Assembly (NCBI GenBank): GCA_963674865.2
Contig: CAXXYE010000011.1
Span: 192,001-256,000 of the forward strand
Source of the DNA: Candidatus Hydrogenedentota bacterium
GTDB taxonomy: Bacteria; Hydrogenedentota; Hydrogenedentia; Hydrogenedentales; SLHB01
Length of the DNA: 64,000 nt
Direction: 5' to 3'
Positions 1 through 10,444 of the stretch are shown here, in pieces. The notes below the pieces were generated by a model, which ran no database searches, had not been told where the DNA came from, and saw only the letters and a list, made by a program, of their open reading frames with translations. Positions within the stretch are counted from its first letter, which is position 1; every line of letters begins with the position of its first letter. The translations under genes and the position numbers were made by a program.

Positions 1-1
1 A

Positions 2-1246
2 TTGCCTAGGAAGGTACTATTTGACCGATCACTGATACAATCCGTCTCTTCAATATTCCAGGAAGTGGAGGAATCCGGAGACCATGCAATCAAGGCGGCA
101 ACTCAACGGTTTGACCTTATCGACATCCAGGCCGTGAAGGTGTCTGAGGAGTTCGTCGAGCGGAGTGTCTCTGGTCTTTCGCCACAATTCCGAGACGCCG
201 TAGACGTGGCGATCAATAACATTGCCGAAGTCAACAGGGCACTAATGCCTGACCTAGATTGGCGAAGAGAGATTAGGCCTGGGACTGTGATTGGAGAAAA
301 GTCTACACCACTGGAATCTGTCGCGCTATACGTCCCCGCTCGAAAGGCCCCCCTAGTTTCAACTGCGTTGATGCTCGTAACAGCAGCGCGAGTTGCGGGA
401 GTACACCGGATTGTCGTTGGAATGCCTCCTCAGCAGGATGGACAACCCAACGCGTCTACCGTTGCGGCTGCAAAGCTCGCCGGGGCAACCGAATTCGTTG
501 TGGGCAATGGCGTTGCTGTGATCGCTGGATTGACGATCGGCACAGAGTCAACACAAGAGGTCAATGCAATCTATGGGCCCGGGCCGGCGGGAATCGCGGC
601 AGCGATGAGCGTGGCTTTCTCCTATGGAAAGCGAACCGTTGTGGGAATAGGACCCACTGATTGTGCCATCATCGCTGACGGAAGTGCAGATCCTGAGTGG
701 ATTGCCCGGAACCTGATGTGCGAGGGGGAACATGGTCCCGATTCGTCAGTTCTGCTTGCTACCACGTCACGTGCCCTTGCCGACAACGTAGCTCAGGTTC
801 TCGAACAGCGGATTCCTCTCGTACGAGAAGATCGGCGAGACGTTCTCACTGACGTGTTTGGCGCCCAAGGAATGGGATCCCTGGTTGTTTGCCCCGACAC
901 AAGTGATGCTTGTCGGGTAATCAATGAGTTTGCCCCGGAGCATCTGATGTTGGCCTGTCCTGAAGGGGAGCAGGAGAAGGTACTGTCGATGGTTGTTAAC
1001 GCTGGCGAAATCCTCCTTGGACACTTCACACCCTTCTCTGCCGCCAACTACGCCATTGGAATCACTGCCGTGCTTCCAACCAATGGGTTTGCCCGGATCT
1101 TCTCCGGAATCACGTGCAAGGATATGCTCAAGACCTCGACGGTCGGAGGCCTGAATGAGTCCGCGCTCATGCAACTCGGCGTCTGCATCAATCAACTTGG
1201 CGAGCACGAAGGGCTTCCCTGTCACGCAGCGGCAGCGGCGAGATGA
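2..1246 (+). CDS. Histidinol dehydrogenase-like (HisD family) protein, probably 5'-truncated by the window edge, with non-canonical active-site residues
   Basis: HisD motifs LYVPARKA, GPGPA, EHGPDS, APEHL, VLPT and EGLPCHA are present. Canonical QAEH reads EGEH and GDY..G.NHVLPT reads ANY..G.TAVLPT. Confidence 0.85.
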   Translation: MPRKVLFDRSLIQSVSSIFQEVEESGDHAIKAATQRFDLIDIQAVKVSEEFVERSVSGLSPQFRDAVDVAINNIAEVNRALMPDLDWRREIRPGTVIGEKSTPLESVALYVPARKAPLVSTALMLVTAARVAGVHRIVVGMPPQQDGQPNASTVAAAKLAGATEFVVGNGVAVIAGLTIGTESTQEVNAIYGPGPAGIAAAMSVAFSYGKRTVVGIGPTDCAIIADGSADPEWIARNLMCEGEHGPDSSVLLATTSRALADNVAQVLEQRIPLVREDRRDVLTDVFGAQGMGSLVVCPDTSDACRVINEFAPEHLMLACPEGEQEKVLSMVVNAGEILLGHFTPFSAANYAIGITAVLPTNGFARIFSGITCKDMLKTSTVGGLNESALMQLGVCINQLGEHEGLPCHAAAAAR

Positions 1247-1325
1247 TCGTCTTCAACTAGCCTGGCACGACACATTGCGCCAAGACTCGTGAGTTCCGGT
1301 TGGGCCCGCTCGCCTTCCACCCGAA

Positions 1326-3650
1326 TCATCCAACGCCTGGCGAGGCGTCTGTATCCCCGAGGCCGAATATAGGCTCCTTGGGGGTTGAACCGGGGACGGC
1401 TTGCAGGACTACCTCCCCGCCATATGCGGGGTCGATGAGGAGGATGGTTTGCCCTTGCTCTAGCGGCAAGCGCCAGCAATGGTTGTCGAGGGCCTCCACA
1501 CTCCCTTCCTCCGCCCCCTCAACCACGGGCGGGCCACTGAACTCGGCCTGGATGCGACAGGGCTCGCCCGCGAGGCTTGTCACTTGCGCCCATGCGATAC
1601 GCCCATCCACGCGGGCCGCACTCACGAGGAACGCTCCCTCGGCGCGCCACTGATGAAATACCACATCCGACCACGCCTTCGGGACGGCCGGGAAGAGCCG
1701 GATCAGCGGCCCGTCCGGGGCGTCCCAGCTCTGGATGAGCATGTCGTGGATGGCTTGGGCGGCGGACAAGGGCGTCTCGATGACGGGGCCCGCTTCCTTG
1801 TACATCGTATTGGGCTCGACGAACTTCTTGAATCCATTCAAGTAGTCCAAGGCGAGGTCGCCGTCGCGCAGGATGGCAGCCATCGAGGCGCCCCCGGTGA
1901 AGGAGTAGCCAAACAGGGCCTCGGGGAAGCTGTGCCAGTGTTCCAGCGAGCGGCGGATGCGCTCCGCGCCGCCCGGCTGCTCCGGATTAACGAGGTGCAG
2001 GGGATATACCATCAGCAGGTGCGAGAAATGCCGGTGGCTCGAATCCAGCGGCACACCGCGCGCGATTAGGAATCCATCTTCCCCGTCCTCTGGATAGGGC
2101 GTCAGCTTATCCAGGATGTTTCGCCATTCAGGCGCAAGCGGATCTTCGAGCCCCAAGCGCTCTGCCGCTCTCAGCAGCGTGCCCACGCCCCAGCGCAGGA
2201 GGGCGAGGTCGTAATTGCAATCCGGCCCATCCTTGTACTCCGGCGAATGCGTTGGGGGCAGATGAAGGCGCCCGTCCGGCCCTTCCTTGAGAAAATGCCG
2301 GTGGTAATTCACCGCGCGGCGCAGCACCGGAAACAGCACGTCCCGCAAGAGCTCCTCGTCCATCGTCATCCGGTATTGCAGCCAAACATCGTGGCAGGCC
2401 CAAAGGAGGTTGCCTACCTCCGCCCTCTCTTCCCCCGGAATCGGGACAAGGCCGGGATACCACGTGCCCCCCACGATGCGCGTAGTGGTCGAGCGCGGGA
2501 TTCCCGCCGAGTCCTCACGGTATTCGGGCCGCACATTGTTGATGAGATTAGGTAGATACTTCTTGAGGCTATGCGACAGAGGCTCGGCCAATTCCAGATG
2601 GTTTCCCGTGTACATGGGCCAATAAGTCAGCGCCACATTTAGGTTCCACCATGTCCCCGGCCAAGGCGTTTCTTGAGTCCATGGGCCCTGCAAGTCCAAG
2701 GTGACGCCATCCTGCCGCGTGGCCGAGCCCAACTTGTAGATCTGGTTCCAATAGAAGCTCTGCCAGTACGGATCGGACACCGAGAAAAAACTCTTCGCGA
2801 AGTAACTGCGCCACCAGGTCCGGTGTGTTTCCAGGAACGTGTTCATTGGCGTGGCGGCGGCTTCGTTGATTGCGCGCGACGCTTCTGCGGCGATATTGGC
2901 GACGTCGCCCGGCCATGCGTAGGCCACGCTCACCCACAACACCCGCCAGTCATCCTGCGTCGTCTCGCGCCATGCCGTGGCGTACCCGCCCTCTTCCAAC
3001 GGCTGTATCCACACCGGATTGCCCGCCGCTGTGTCGCCATGGCCCGCCGGATTTGGCCGCCAATCCTTGATGAGCGGATAGTCCGGACGCGTCACGCGAT
3101 GGACAGCGAGTCGCGGATGAACCGCCTCCTGCGGCGCCCACGTGAAGCCGCTTTCCGCCTCGCCTCTCTCGCCCTTCCAGAGAATCGCGATGGCCATCTT
3201 CTCGGCGTGTACCAATGTGCGATAGCGGATCGTCCCCTCGGTGGTGTAAAGTACGCCTTCGGCTTCCGCCTTCAGCAATTCGAGGCGCATATCGCATTTT
3301 GTCAGGTCGCCCGCCGTCGATAGCTCGAACGCGCCGATAGGCAGACGCCCCATCCCGTATGGAATGGCGCGGTGATCCTCGACGTCGCAGCGGCCTATCT
3401 GCCATTCCATGACCCGAGCGCTTTTCTTGCGGATGACTGTCCCCAGCATGCCGTTGCCCAGGTAGGGGGCCTCCCACCAGTCCTCGGGCAAGCGCGTCCA
3501 CACCGGGTCGTGGGCCGCCATGAAGGCATTCCAGTCGATGGCGTCTGTGATGGCGCTATGCTCCTCCGGGGCGCTTGTTTGGGCGACGGCGCCCGGGGCC
3601 AATAGAACCGCTGCAAATACAATTAAGGTGCATCCAAGACTTCCAGCCAC
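1326..3650 (-). CDS. Secreted glycoside hydrolase, GH95-like (alpha-L-fucosidase family)
   Basis: Motifs LGNGMLG, WWNLNV, SPEY, HRHFSHL, ETPLS and IRLFPAVP..W. GTG start at 3650 follows AAGGAG and gives a signal peptide ending PGAVA-Q; the ORF track extends to 3737. Confidence 0.8.
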   Translation of the reverse strand: MAGSLGCTLIVFAAVLLAPGAVAQTSAPEEHSAITDAIDWNAFMAAHDPVWTRLPEDWWEAPYLGNGMLGTVIRKKSARVMEWQIGRCDVEDHRAIPYGMGRLPIGAFELSTAGDLTKCDMRLELLKAEAEGVLYTTEGTIRYRTLVHAEKMAIAILWKGERGEAESGFTWAPQEAVHPRLAVHRVTRPDYPLIKDWRPNPAGHGDTAAGNPVWIQPLEEGGYATAWRETTQDDWRVLWVSVAYAWPGDVANIAAEASRAINEAAATPMNTFLETHRTWWRSYFAKSFFSVSDPYWQSFYWNQIYKLGSATRQDGVTLDLQGPWTQETPWPGTWWNLNVALTYWPMYTGNHLELAEPLSHSLKKYLPNLINNVRPEYREDSAGIPRSTTTRIVGGTWYPGLVPIPGEERAEVGNLLWACHDVWLQYRMTMDEELLRDVLFPVLRRAVNYHRHFLKEGPDGRLHLPPTHSPEYKDGPDCNYDLALLRWGVGTLLRAAERLGLEDPLAPEWRNILDKLTPYPEDGEDGFLIARGVPLDSSHRHFSHLLMVYPLHLVNPEQPGGAERIRRSLEHWHSFPEALFGYSFTGGASMAAILRDGDLALDYLNGFKKFVEPNTMYKEAGPVIETPLSAAQAIHDMLIQSWDAPDGPLIRLFPAVPKAWSDVVFHQWRAEGAFLVSAARVDGRIAWAQVTSLAGEPCRIQAEFSGPPVVEGAEEGSVEALDNHCWRLPLEQGQTILLIDPAYGGEVVLQAVPGSTPKEPIFGLGDTDASPGVG

Positions 3651-3721
3651 TGATGTATACTCCTTCCCGTTTCTCGCAAGACGAAACGATTGTGCGCCAA
3701 GATCTTCCGAGGCGACTCGCC

Positions 3722-3901
3722 GATGCCCGCGGCGCAATCGGCAATCCGGCCACCGGGGGCATGGTAAACATTGCGAACAGCCTCATCAACACGGCCGCCG
3801 GCAAGGGAGGGAGGGGAGCACCGGGCTCTTGATAAATGGCGAGCGCGCCGGAGATTGTGGCGCGGGCATCCTGCCTGCCTCCGGCGCGCGTGCTTGGGAT
3901 G
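3722..3901. repeat. Degenerate REP-like inverted repeat in divergent intergenic region
   Basis: GATGCCCGCGGCGCAATC (3722-3739) matches the reverse complement of GATTGTGGCGCGGGCATC (3853-3870) at 16/18. The second arm continues as CTGCCTGC. Confidence 0.4.
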
Positions 3902-4097
3902 CAGGACCACGCTTACGTGTGGATTCTGAGTCAGCCATCTGCCCTTGCCGATGGCCGCGAAACCGATTACAATCCCCGCTCAAGGAGTTGGGAAAGCTGC
4001 GGCACGGTTCATGGACATGGGCAGGAAAACGACGGACACGCCTTGTGTCCCTGTAGCGGCGGCTTGGCGAAAGTCTATCAAGAGTGAAGGGAATACC

Positions 4098-5336
4098 ATG
4101 TCGGTTAGCAACAACGACCGCCGCATTCTGAGAGAACTCGCGCAACGCGTCGCGGAAATCGCCGCGCTCCCGGTGCAACAGGAGACCATCTCGCTCTGGA
4201 AGGCCCATAACGGCCTGAAATCCGTGCGCCCGATGGTGATGATCGACCAGATCCCGTGGCACGAGATGGACGTTGAAGGCGAACTGACGCTGCAGGCCGA
4301 GGACAGTTTCTGCCGCAGGATGGAGAGAGGTCTTCGGAGGTCCCTCTACGCCTGGAAGCATATGCGCGCGGACATGGTCGTCGAGCCGGTGGTTGACGTC
4401 GCCAAGGTTATTCGCGGCGATGACTACGGCATCGAGATCGTTGAAGAAACCGCGCAAACCGATCCCACCAGCGATGTGCTCGGACACTTCTACATCGACC
4501 AAATCAAGACGGACGACGATATCGAGCGGATAAAGACGCCGCAATTGAGCCTTGACGAAGAGGCCACCAAACAGGCGCAGGAAACGGCGGAAGACCTGTT
4601 CGACGGCATCCTCACCGTTAGGATGCAGGGCAGAACGCCGGGCTTTGCGCCGTGGGATCGCATCGTCATGTGGCGCGGCGCCCAGAATGTGCTATTGGAT
4701 CTGGCTGCGCGTCCCGACTTCACGCACCGGCTCATGAGACGCTTCACGGATGCCATTCTTGCCTCGCTCGATCAGCTTGAAGCGCAGGGACTTCTCGGCC
4801 GTGATCAGGGCCGAATTCACTGCTCTGGCGCCTACACCGACGATCTCCCCGCGCCGGGCTATGACCCCGAACATACACGCCCCAAAGACCTCTGGACATG
4901 CGGTATGGCTCAGATCTTCGCCTCTGTCTCGCCCGCCATGCACCAGGAATTTGAGCTGGACTACGCGGCCCCGTGGTACGAGCGATTCGGCCTCGTTTAC
5001 TATGGGTGCTGCGAGCCTTTGGACGGCAAGATAGACATCATCCGCAAGATCCCCCACGTGAGGAAAGTCAGCATGAGTCCCTGGGTGGATGTCGAGAAGG
5101 CCGCTGAACAGATGGGGCGCGACCTCATCTTCTCACGCAAACCCAACCCCGCCTTCGTCGCCGGCAACTCGTGGGATCCGGGCATCGTCGAGCGGGATCT
5201 CCGCGACACATTCGAGCGGTGTGCGCGGCACGGATGCCCCCTCGAATATATCCTCAAGGACATCAGTACCGTCGGCTACCAGCCACAGCGGCTCTGGGAG
5301 TGGGCGGACATTGCCATGCGCATAGCCCAGGGATAG
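4098..5336 (+). CDS. Uroporphyrinogen decarboxylase/MtaA-CmuA-like TIM-barrel protein of unknown function
   Basis: Motifs VSPAMHQEFEL, YYGCCEPL, KVSMSPW and RKPNP. ATG at 4098 follows GAAGGG. Confidence 0.7.
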   Translation: MSVSNNDRRILRELAQRVAEIAALPVQQETISLWKAHNGLKSVRPMVMIDQIPWHEMDVEGELTLQAEDSFCRRMERGLRRSLYAWKHMRADMVVEPVVDVAKVIRGDDYGIEIVEETAQTDPTSDVLGHFYIDQIKTDDDIERIKTPQLSLDEEATKQAQETAEDLFDGILTVRMQGRTPGFAPWDRIVMWRGAQNVLLDLAARPDFTHRLMRRFTDAILASLDQLEAQGLLGRDQGRIHCSGAYTDDLPAPGYDPEHTRPKDLWTCGMAQIFASVSPAMHQEFELDYAAPWYERFGLVYYGCCEPLDGKIDIIRKIPHVRKVSMSPWVDVEKAAEQMGRDLIFSRKPNPAFVAGNSWDPGIVERDLRDTFERCARHGCPLEYILKDISTVGYQPQRLWEWADIAMRIAQG

Positions 5337-5469
5337 AGCAATCCGGGCAAGTGGGCGGGGCCGCGATGGTGAATGCTCGGTTTGGCTCGCGCCCCGTCTT
5401 GTTTGGGATGCAGGGGCAAAGGCTGTTTCGCTCGCGATGGAGGCGTAGGCAGGCCTCGGAGGTGGTTCT

Positions 5470-6066
5470 ATGGCCAATCAGCATGACGGTGCGGAGTTTC
5501 CTATCGACAGTTCGTCCCCTGAGGGGCCATCCGTCGGGGAGCAGTTCCTGGCGGAGATGCGCTGGCGGTTCGAGCACGATGCATGGAAGATTCGACGCTG
5601 CCTGGAGCAGTTGAACGACGACGAATTGGACTGGCGTCCCAATGACGCTTCAAACAGCGTCGCTACCATCATCGTCCACTTGTGCGGCAGCACCATGCAG
5701 TGGATGTCGGCCCTCGGTGGAAGGCAGCACGAGCGGGACAGGCCGGCGGAATTCGCCGCCGACAGAAGCGTCGGACGGCAAGAACTCCGGTGTCTTCTTG
5801 ACAGCACGCTAAAGGATTCGCTCGAAAAGCTGAGTGATCTTGAGCCGGCTAGGCTACAGGACTCGATCGTGATCCAGGGGTTTACCAATTCCTACCTTAC
5901 AGCCCTCTACTGCGTCGAAAGACATCAAGCGGAGCACATAGGCCAGATCGCCTACATTGTCAAGCTCAAGCGCGGCAGCGCCTTCGAGTCGCTTTGGATT
6001 CCAGAGAACAAGGAGCAGGCCGCTTCACCCTACGGTTACGGCTTCCATGCGCCAGGGATTGAATAG
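5470..6066 (+). CDS. DinB/DUF1572-family protein
   Basis: WRPNDASNSVATIIVHLCG, RDRPAEF and H.AEHIGQI metal-binding His pattern; GGAGG RBS. Confidence 0.8.
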   Translation: MANQHDGAEFPIDSSSPEGPSVGEQFLAEMRWRFEHDAWKIRRCLEQLNDDELDWRPNDASNSVATIIVHLCGSTMQWMSALGGRQHERDRPAEFAADRSVGRQELRCLLDSTLKDSLEKLSDLEPARLQDSIVIQGFTNSYLTALYCVERHQAEHIGQIAYIVKLKRGSAFESLWIPENKEQAASPYGYGFHAPGIE

Positions 6067-6108
6067 GCGGCCAAGGAGCGAGAAGTGTTCCTTGTGCCCT
6101 TACCCGCT

Positions 6109-7128
6109 TCATTTCGGCTTGGATTGCTCCGAGCCGCGGTTGAGGCTCTCCGCATCATCCGCGCGGTAGGGAGTGTGGGGGAGGGAGAGAACCTCTTCCC
6201 AGCGGCTCTGCTCGTCAAGATACAGAACGGCAAACGAATCGCCGCGTCTCTTGACGGCCCATCGAGATGACGGCGTCCTCCACGCATGCTCAGGCGCCGT
6301 CCGCGCCGCGGCGTCTTCTGTCACGTCATCCACGGCCACCGTCTTCGTCACGCACCAGTTGCGCCCGCCGTCTTCAGTCCTCATCCGCCAGAATGCCACT
6401 TCTTTTTCGAGATTCCCCTCAAAAGGAACCGGGGCCATTGCCGCCGCGACGCACTCGCCGTTCCATGGGGAGGAAAAGGCCCAGGCTTCCAAGATGCTGA
6501 CGGCGCCAACGTCATGGAAACGCGATTCCTCCCACGTCGCGCCGCCGTTATAGGTGCGCAGCATCCCGAACGAAGGATCCTCGATGTGGTTTTGCCAAGC
6601 GAGCCAACCGTGCGTATCGTCAAAAAACCTGAGTTCGGATACGTCGCCCACGCGATGCCCCACCGGATCAAGCACCTGTGTCCATGTTCGGCCTCGATCC
6701 GTCGTTTTGAGGAGCAGCGCGTACGCCCGCGGGATATGGGCGAAGCCGCTGTCCGTGATGACGTGGTAGTTCCCGTAGACGATGGCCTTCTTGTCTTCCA
6801 GCCCATACACCCTTGGCTCGACAATGTGGATGGCGAATGCGCCGCCCTGATCATCGAGCAAGCGCTCGCACGCATGGGCTATCACGTGTTGCGGCGCGTA
6901 GGCCAAGCTTCGTACGTGAGCGCATGCTGATATGGGCTCCTCACGCAGTCCGAGTCCGCCGCAACCGGCCAAACAGAAAACGCCCCAAAGGGAGAAACTC
7001 AGAACCGGAAGATGCGCGGCCAAAGCGTTAGAACACCTCAAGATAAAGACACCCCCATGGATCTGAAGCCCGTCCAGGCTCGGTGTTGCGTGCGGTGCGC
7101 GAGTACACGCCTCGCACGCCGTCATCAT
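6109..7128 (-). CDS. BNR/Asp-box (YCF48-like) beta-propeller lipoprotein; true start probably near 7041
   Basis: Asp-box repeats KTTDRGRTW, RTYNGGATW and RTEDGGRNW; lipobox-like CLAG-C. Confidence 0.65.
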   Translation of the reverse strand: MMTACEACTRAPHATPSLDGLQIHGGVFILRCSNALAAHLPVLSFSLWGVFCLAGCGGLGLREEPISACAHVRSLAYAPQHVIAHACERLLDDQGGAFAIHIVEPRVYGLEDKKAIVYGNYHVITDSGFAHIPRAYALLLKTTDRGRTWTQVLDPVGHRVGDVSELRFFDDTHGWLAWQNHIEDPSFGMLRTYNGGATWEESRFHDVGAVSILEAWAFSSPWNGECVAAAMAPVPFEGNLEKEVAFWRMRTEDGGRNWCVTKTVAVDDVTEDAAARTAPEHAWRTPSSRWAVKRRGDSFAVLYLDEQSRWEEVLSLPHTPYRADDAESLNRGSEQSKPK

Positions 7129-7166
7129 AGCATCCGTTCTCGGCTATCCTCCTCAAGGGGCGAGAT

Positions 7167-10112
7167 TCACCTCGCCTGAAGGCACCGAACCAGCACGGCG
7201 TCGGCCGTGCGCAGTTCCTCGCCGCCTGGCAGCGACACGTGTACGTTCTGGCAGTCGGGATTGGCGATGACGACGTACGACGCGCCTTTGCCTGTGACGA
7301 CCTCACACGCGGCCGCCGCGCCCTGTGGGAGGGGCCGGCCATCGGCGCCAACCACGGGGAGCGCCTCCAAGCGGACGGCCTCGCCTTTGAGCGACACGCA
7401 CCAGAGGAAGGCGGTTGCCTGGGCCGTGCGGCGGAAAAGGAGTACGGGGACGGCGTCCGTGACGCGCTGCCCCGGGCCTGTCGCCATGATCAGTCTCGTG
7501 GGCCCGTTGCCCGCCAAAGTTGCGGTTACCTCGCCTCCGCTTGCCGCGCGCGTTCCCAGCGTGACGGCGCCGCTTATCTCCCTCGAAGTGGCCGCACGAA
7601 GGCGGGAGTATCCGGCCTTGCGCGGAGCATCCCAAGGGGCGCCTCCGAGCGGGGAGGTCCATTGCCCCGTCTGATGGTACGCCAAGTCCAAGCAGCGTGG
7701 CCGATCGCACTGCACCAAGTCGAGAAACAGCACAACATCCTCCGGAAGGGACACGGCCGTGCGAATGAAGCGGACGCCCTTGTAGATGGGCCCGGCCTCG
7801 GCCGCGATATAGGGCGTCGATGCATCGGCGCTGAAGGCTATGCACTTCCCCTCGGCGGGGGCTTGGGAAGTCTCGTCCACGACAAGCGTGTTGTGGGCGA
7901 GGGCGGTTCGATACCATTCCTCCTGCACCGCTGCGCCGTAGAGCGCCGTGCCGGGATCCGGTGCGATCACCCTCCCGTGGTTATAGAGGACGAAGCTGAG
8001 CTTGTCCGGATGCCCATGGCCGCCGCCATGCGGGCCGTACTTGAGGCAGAACCAGGTGCTGTCCACCGCGCATCCCTGCCTGAGGATGGCGTAGCCCGAG
8101 GCCGTGTAGTTGGTGCTGTGACACGGAGCTGGTGTCGGCTCGGGCAGCGTTTCCGCGCCGAACCAGAGGGCCATTTCATCCTGCCGATCGGAGTCCGTCA
8201 GTATTGCTGCTAGCTCAGGGGCCGCAAAGCGTTGGTAGGCCAACTCGTAGAGCCCGTGCCAAGCGGCATTCCCCAGGAGATCCACCTCGGGACTGTCGTT
8301 GAACGCGGGCAGGTGCCCATCCGGCATGGCCATGTCCAGCGGGAAGGTATACATCTTCCGCAGCGTGTCCATGTAGAGGTCGAGTCCGCAGTTCCTCGCG
8401 GCCTCCGTCAAGGGCCAGAGCGCGGACAGCGTATAGAAATGGTAATGCCACGACCCCTCCCACCAGAGGCCGTCCCCGTCGACACCCTCCGCCATCTGCT
8501 TCCAGAAACCGTCCGAAGGATCGTAGATGGCCTCATGGACAAGCTCGCCATCGCCCAGAAGGAGGCCGGTAAGGCCGAGCGCACTGTTGTTCCAGCACTG
8601 GATATTGTGCACCCCGAGGCGATGTTGAAGCACCACCTCGCGGGCCGCGGGGACCAGCACGTTGTCGGTGAGCGTTTGGCGTTCTTCATGCGAGAGCACG
8701 TCCCAGAGCATGTCCACGCCCTGACACACGTCGATGAGCCAGAGGGATTCGCCCAGTGAGCTGGCCATGACGCGCCCCGCGTTTACCGTAGCCTTCCCGT
8801 TCTTGTCATGAAGAGCGTACGTCGGATAGCGCTCCGCGTACTCCATCAGGATGGCGCGCGCCTTGTCGGCGTACCGCGGATCGCTTGATACCTGGTATGC
8901 CAGGCCCAGATCGCGGATCATAGCGGCGAGCTGTTCGTGTAGCGTCGCGATGACGCACCCATCGTAGTCGCGGTCGGCGCGGGTGGGGTCGCCTCGATAC
9001 GTGGCTCCATCCACCGGGCATAGGTGTTGCCATTGCCACTCCCCCACCGGATCCCCCCGCTGGAGCGCCGCACCGTGCTTGGGGCAGACGTGCCAGTGCC
9101 ACCAGTTTCCCCCTCTCGGCGGGACGCGAGTCTCTTCCTGCAGCGAGGCGTCAAGCCGGGAGAGAAGGGCGTGCCACGCCTCGTTTGCCCACGTTTGACC
9201 CTCAATCTTGCGCTTCAGCGACTCTATGCCTTCCTGGTCGAGCAGCAGCCTCGGATGGGGCGGCAATTCGACCTTTCGCACACATTGTGCCTCCTTTTCC
9301 GTCCGAGTATCGGGATTTCCCTCGATTTCCACCCAAACCGGAACAGTGATGGCCTCAAAGGGCTTCAACGCGTCAAGGCGTGATAGGTCGGCCAGCGCTC
9401 GAAACTCAATATTTGCCTCATCCTGCGCCGGGACCTCCACAGTCTGCGGCGTTTCCTCCCCGGCCCTGCCTTGGATCCGGAACGGCTGTTCGGTTGGATT
9501 CGTGACAGTGATCACGACCTCCAGCGTCCTCTCGCGGACCTTTGCAGATGCCACGCGCCATTCGACGCCGGCCGGTACGGCTCTCAGGTCGTCAACGGAC
9601 AGCCGGACATCCGCGCCCGGCTCCGTTTCGAGCCTAAAACCGAGGTAGCGGGCCTCCTTATCCACCTGTTTGCCCCAATTGTCGTAGCGTGGCTGCGCCA
9701 GGATGATCGTCGACCTGTGCCACCCCTCCGGCGGGGGAGAAGATCCCGATTCCCAGACCGAGTAGACAGCCTCTAAACCGTCGGCAATAGGATAGTTGCG
9801 GACCTTTATCATGAAGCTCTTCAACCCCGCGCCCTCAACCTTCCACCACAATGAAAGGGCGGAGAAACGGGACAAATCGACGCCGGTGTCTGCGTAGTCA
9901 AGCATGAAGAAATCGAGAGAACCCGGCTTCAGCGCCTTTGTAATCGCGTGCCGGCCCTCCTGTGCATCCGTGCTTAGCCGGAGTCCGCCTTGCCATCCGG
10001 CGGGGGTTTCGCAGTCCGACAGGATGCTGCTGAACGCGTCTTTAGCGGTAGCCCAGGAGGCGACGCTGACAAGCCCGAGGCAGGCCAATACCCTCCAAAG
10101 TCGTTTTCCCAA
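7167..10112 (-). CDS. Secreted polysaccharide lyase: N-terminal CBM-like domain, alginate-lyase-like (alpha/alpha) domain and heparinase II/III C-terminal domain
   Basis: Signal peptide; HPRLL, HNIQCW, WWEGSWHYHFY, PAFND, HGGGHGHPDKL, DPGT..Y and AHNTLVVD motifs. Confidence 0.85.
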   Translation of the reverse strand: MGKRLWRVLACLGLVSVASWATAKDAFSSILSDCETPAGWQGGLRLSTDAQEGRHAITKALKPGSLDFFMLDYADTGVDLSRFSALSLWWKVEGAGLKSFMIKVRNYPIADGLEAVYSVWESGSSPPPEGWHRSTIILAQPRYDNWGKQVDKEARYLGFRLETEPGADVRLSVDDLRAVPAGVEWRVASAKVRERTLEVVITVTNPTEQPFRIQGRAGEETPQTVEVPAQDEANIEFRALADLSRLDALKPFEAITVPVWVEIEGNPDTRTEKEAQCVRKVELPPHPRLLLDQEGIESLKRKIEGQTWANEAWHALLSRLDASLQEETRVPPRGGNWWHWHVCPKHGAALQRGDPVGEWQWQHLCPVDGATYRGDPTRADRDYDGCVIATLHEQLAAMIRDLGLAYQVSSDPRYADKARAILMEYAERYPTYALHDKNGKATVNAGRVMASSLGESLWLIDVCQGVDMLWDVLSHEERQTLTDNVLVPAAREVVLQHRLGVHNIQCWNNSALGLTGLLLGDGELVHEAIYDPSDGFWKQMAEGVDGDGLWWEGSWHYHFYTLSALWPLTEAARNCGLDLYMDTLRKMYTFPLDMAMPDGHLPAFNDSPEVDLLGNAAWHGLYELAYQRFAAPELAAILTDSDRQDEMALWFGAETLPEPTPAPCHSTNYTASGYAILRQGCAVDSTWFCLKYGPHGGGHGHPDKLSFVLYNHGRVIAPDPGTALYGAAVQEEWYRTALAHNTLVVDETSQAPAEGKCIAFSADASTPYIAAEAGPIYKGVRFIRTAVSLPEDVVLFLDLVQCDRPRCLDLAYHQTGQWTSPLGGAPWDAPRKAGYSRLRAATSREISGAVTLGTRAASGGEVTATLAGNGPTRLIMATGPGQRVTDAVPVLLFRRTAQATAFLWCVSLKGEAVRLEALPVVGADGRPLPQGAAAACEVVTGKGASYVVIANPDCQNVHVSLPGGEELRTADAVLVRCLQAR

Positions 10113-10249
10113 GTTCCTTGCTCCCTGGAATGTAATTTCGCGTCCTATGCGTAACCTACTGTGAGCAAAGCCGACACTTCAAGCTGACGTGAAGCCGGTA
10201 GGCTCGAGGCCTATCGTGCGGTGTCGCTCCTCACAGCAAGGGCTTCGAT

Positions 10250-10267
10250 TGTAAATGAATGTATACA
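10250..10267. promoter_or_regulatory. Palindromic TGTAAA-N6-TATACA site, candidate regulator binding site
   Basis: TGTAAATGAATGTATACA lies in the divergent lyase/wza intergenic region; a related site occurs at 53839. Confidence 0.35.
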
Positions 10268-10391
10268 CCGTGCGTGGATGTTCTGCGAACTTTGCTCGTC
10301 CGACGCGGGTCAGGCGGCTGGCACTTGGCTATCGCGCATCCATTGCTTTTATGGGGTCTTTCTGCTACGCTAGAAGTGGCTGTGGTACGTT

Positions 10392-10444
10392 AACTTGTGA
10401 AGGGACAAGTTGTGCAATCCGGTGTGTTGCGGACATTTCGCAAC
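10392..10444. promoter_or_regulatory. Two inverted repeats upstream of wza
   Basis: AACTTGT-N6-ACAAGTT (10392-10411) and GTTGCG-N7-CGCAAC (10426-10444). Confidence 0.35.
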
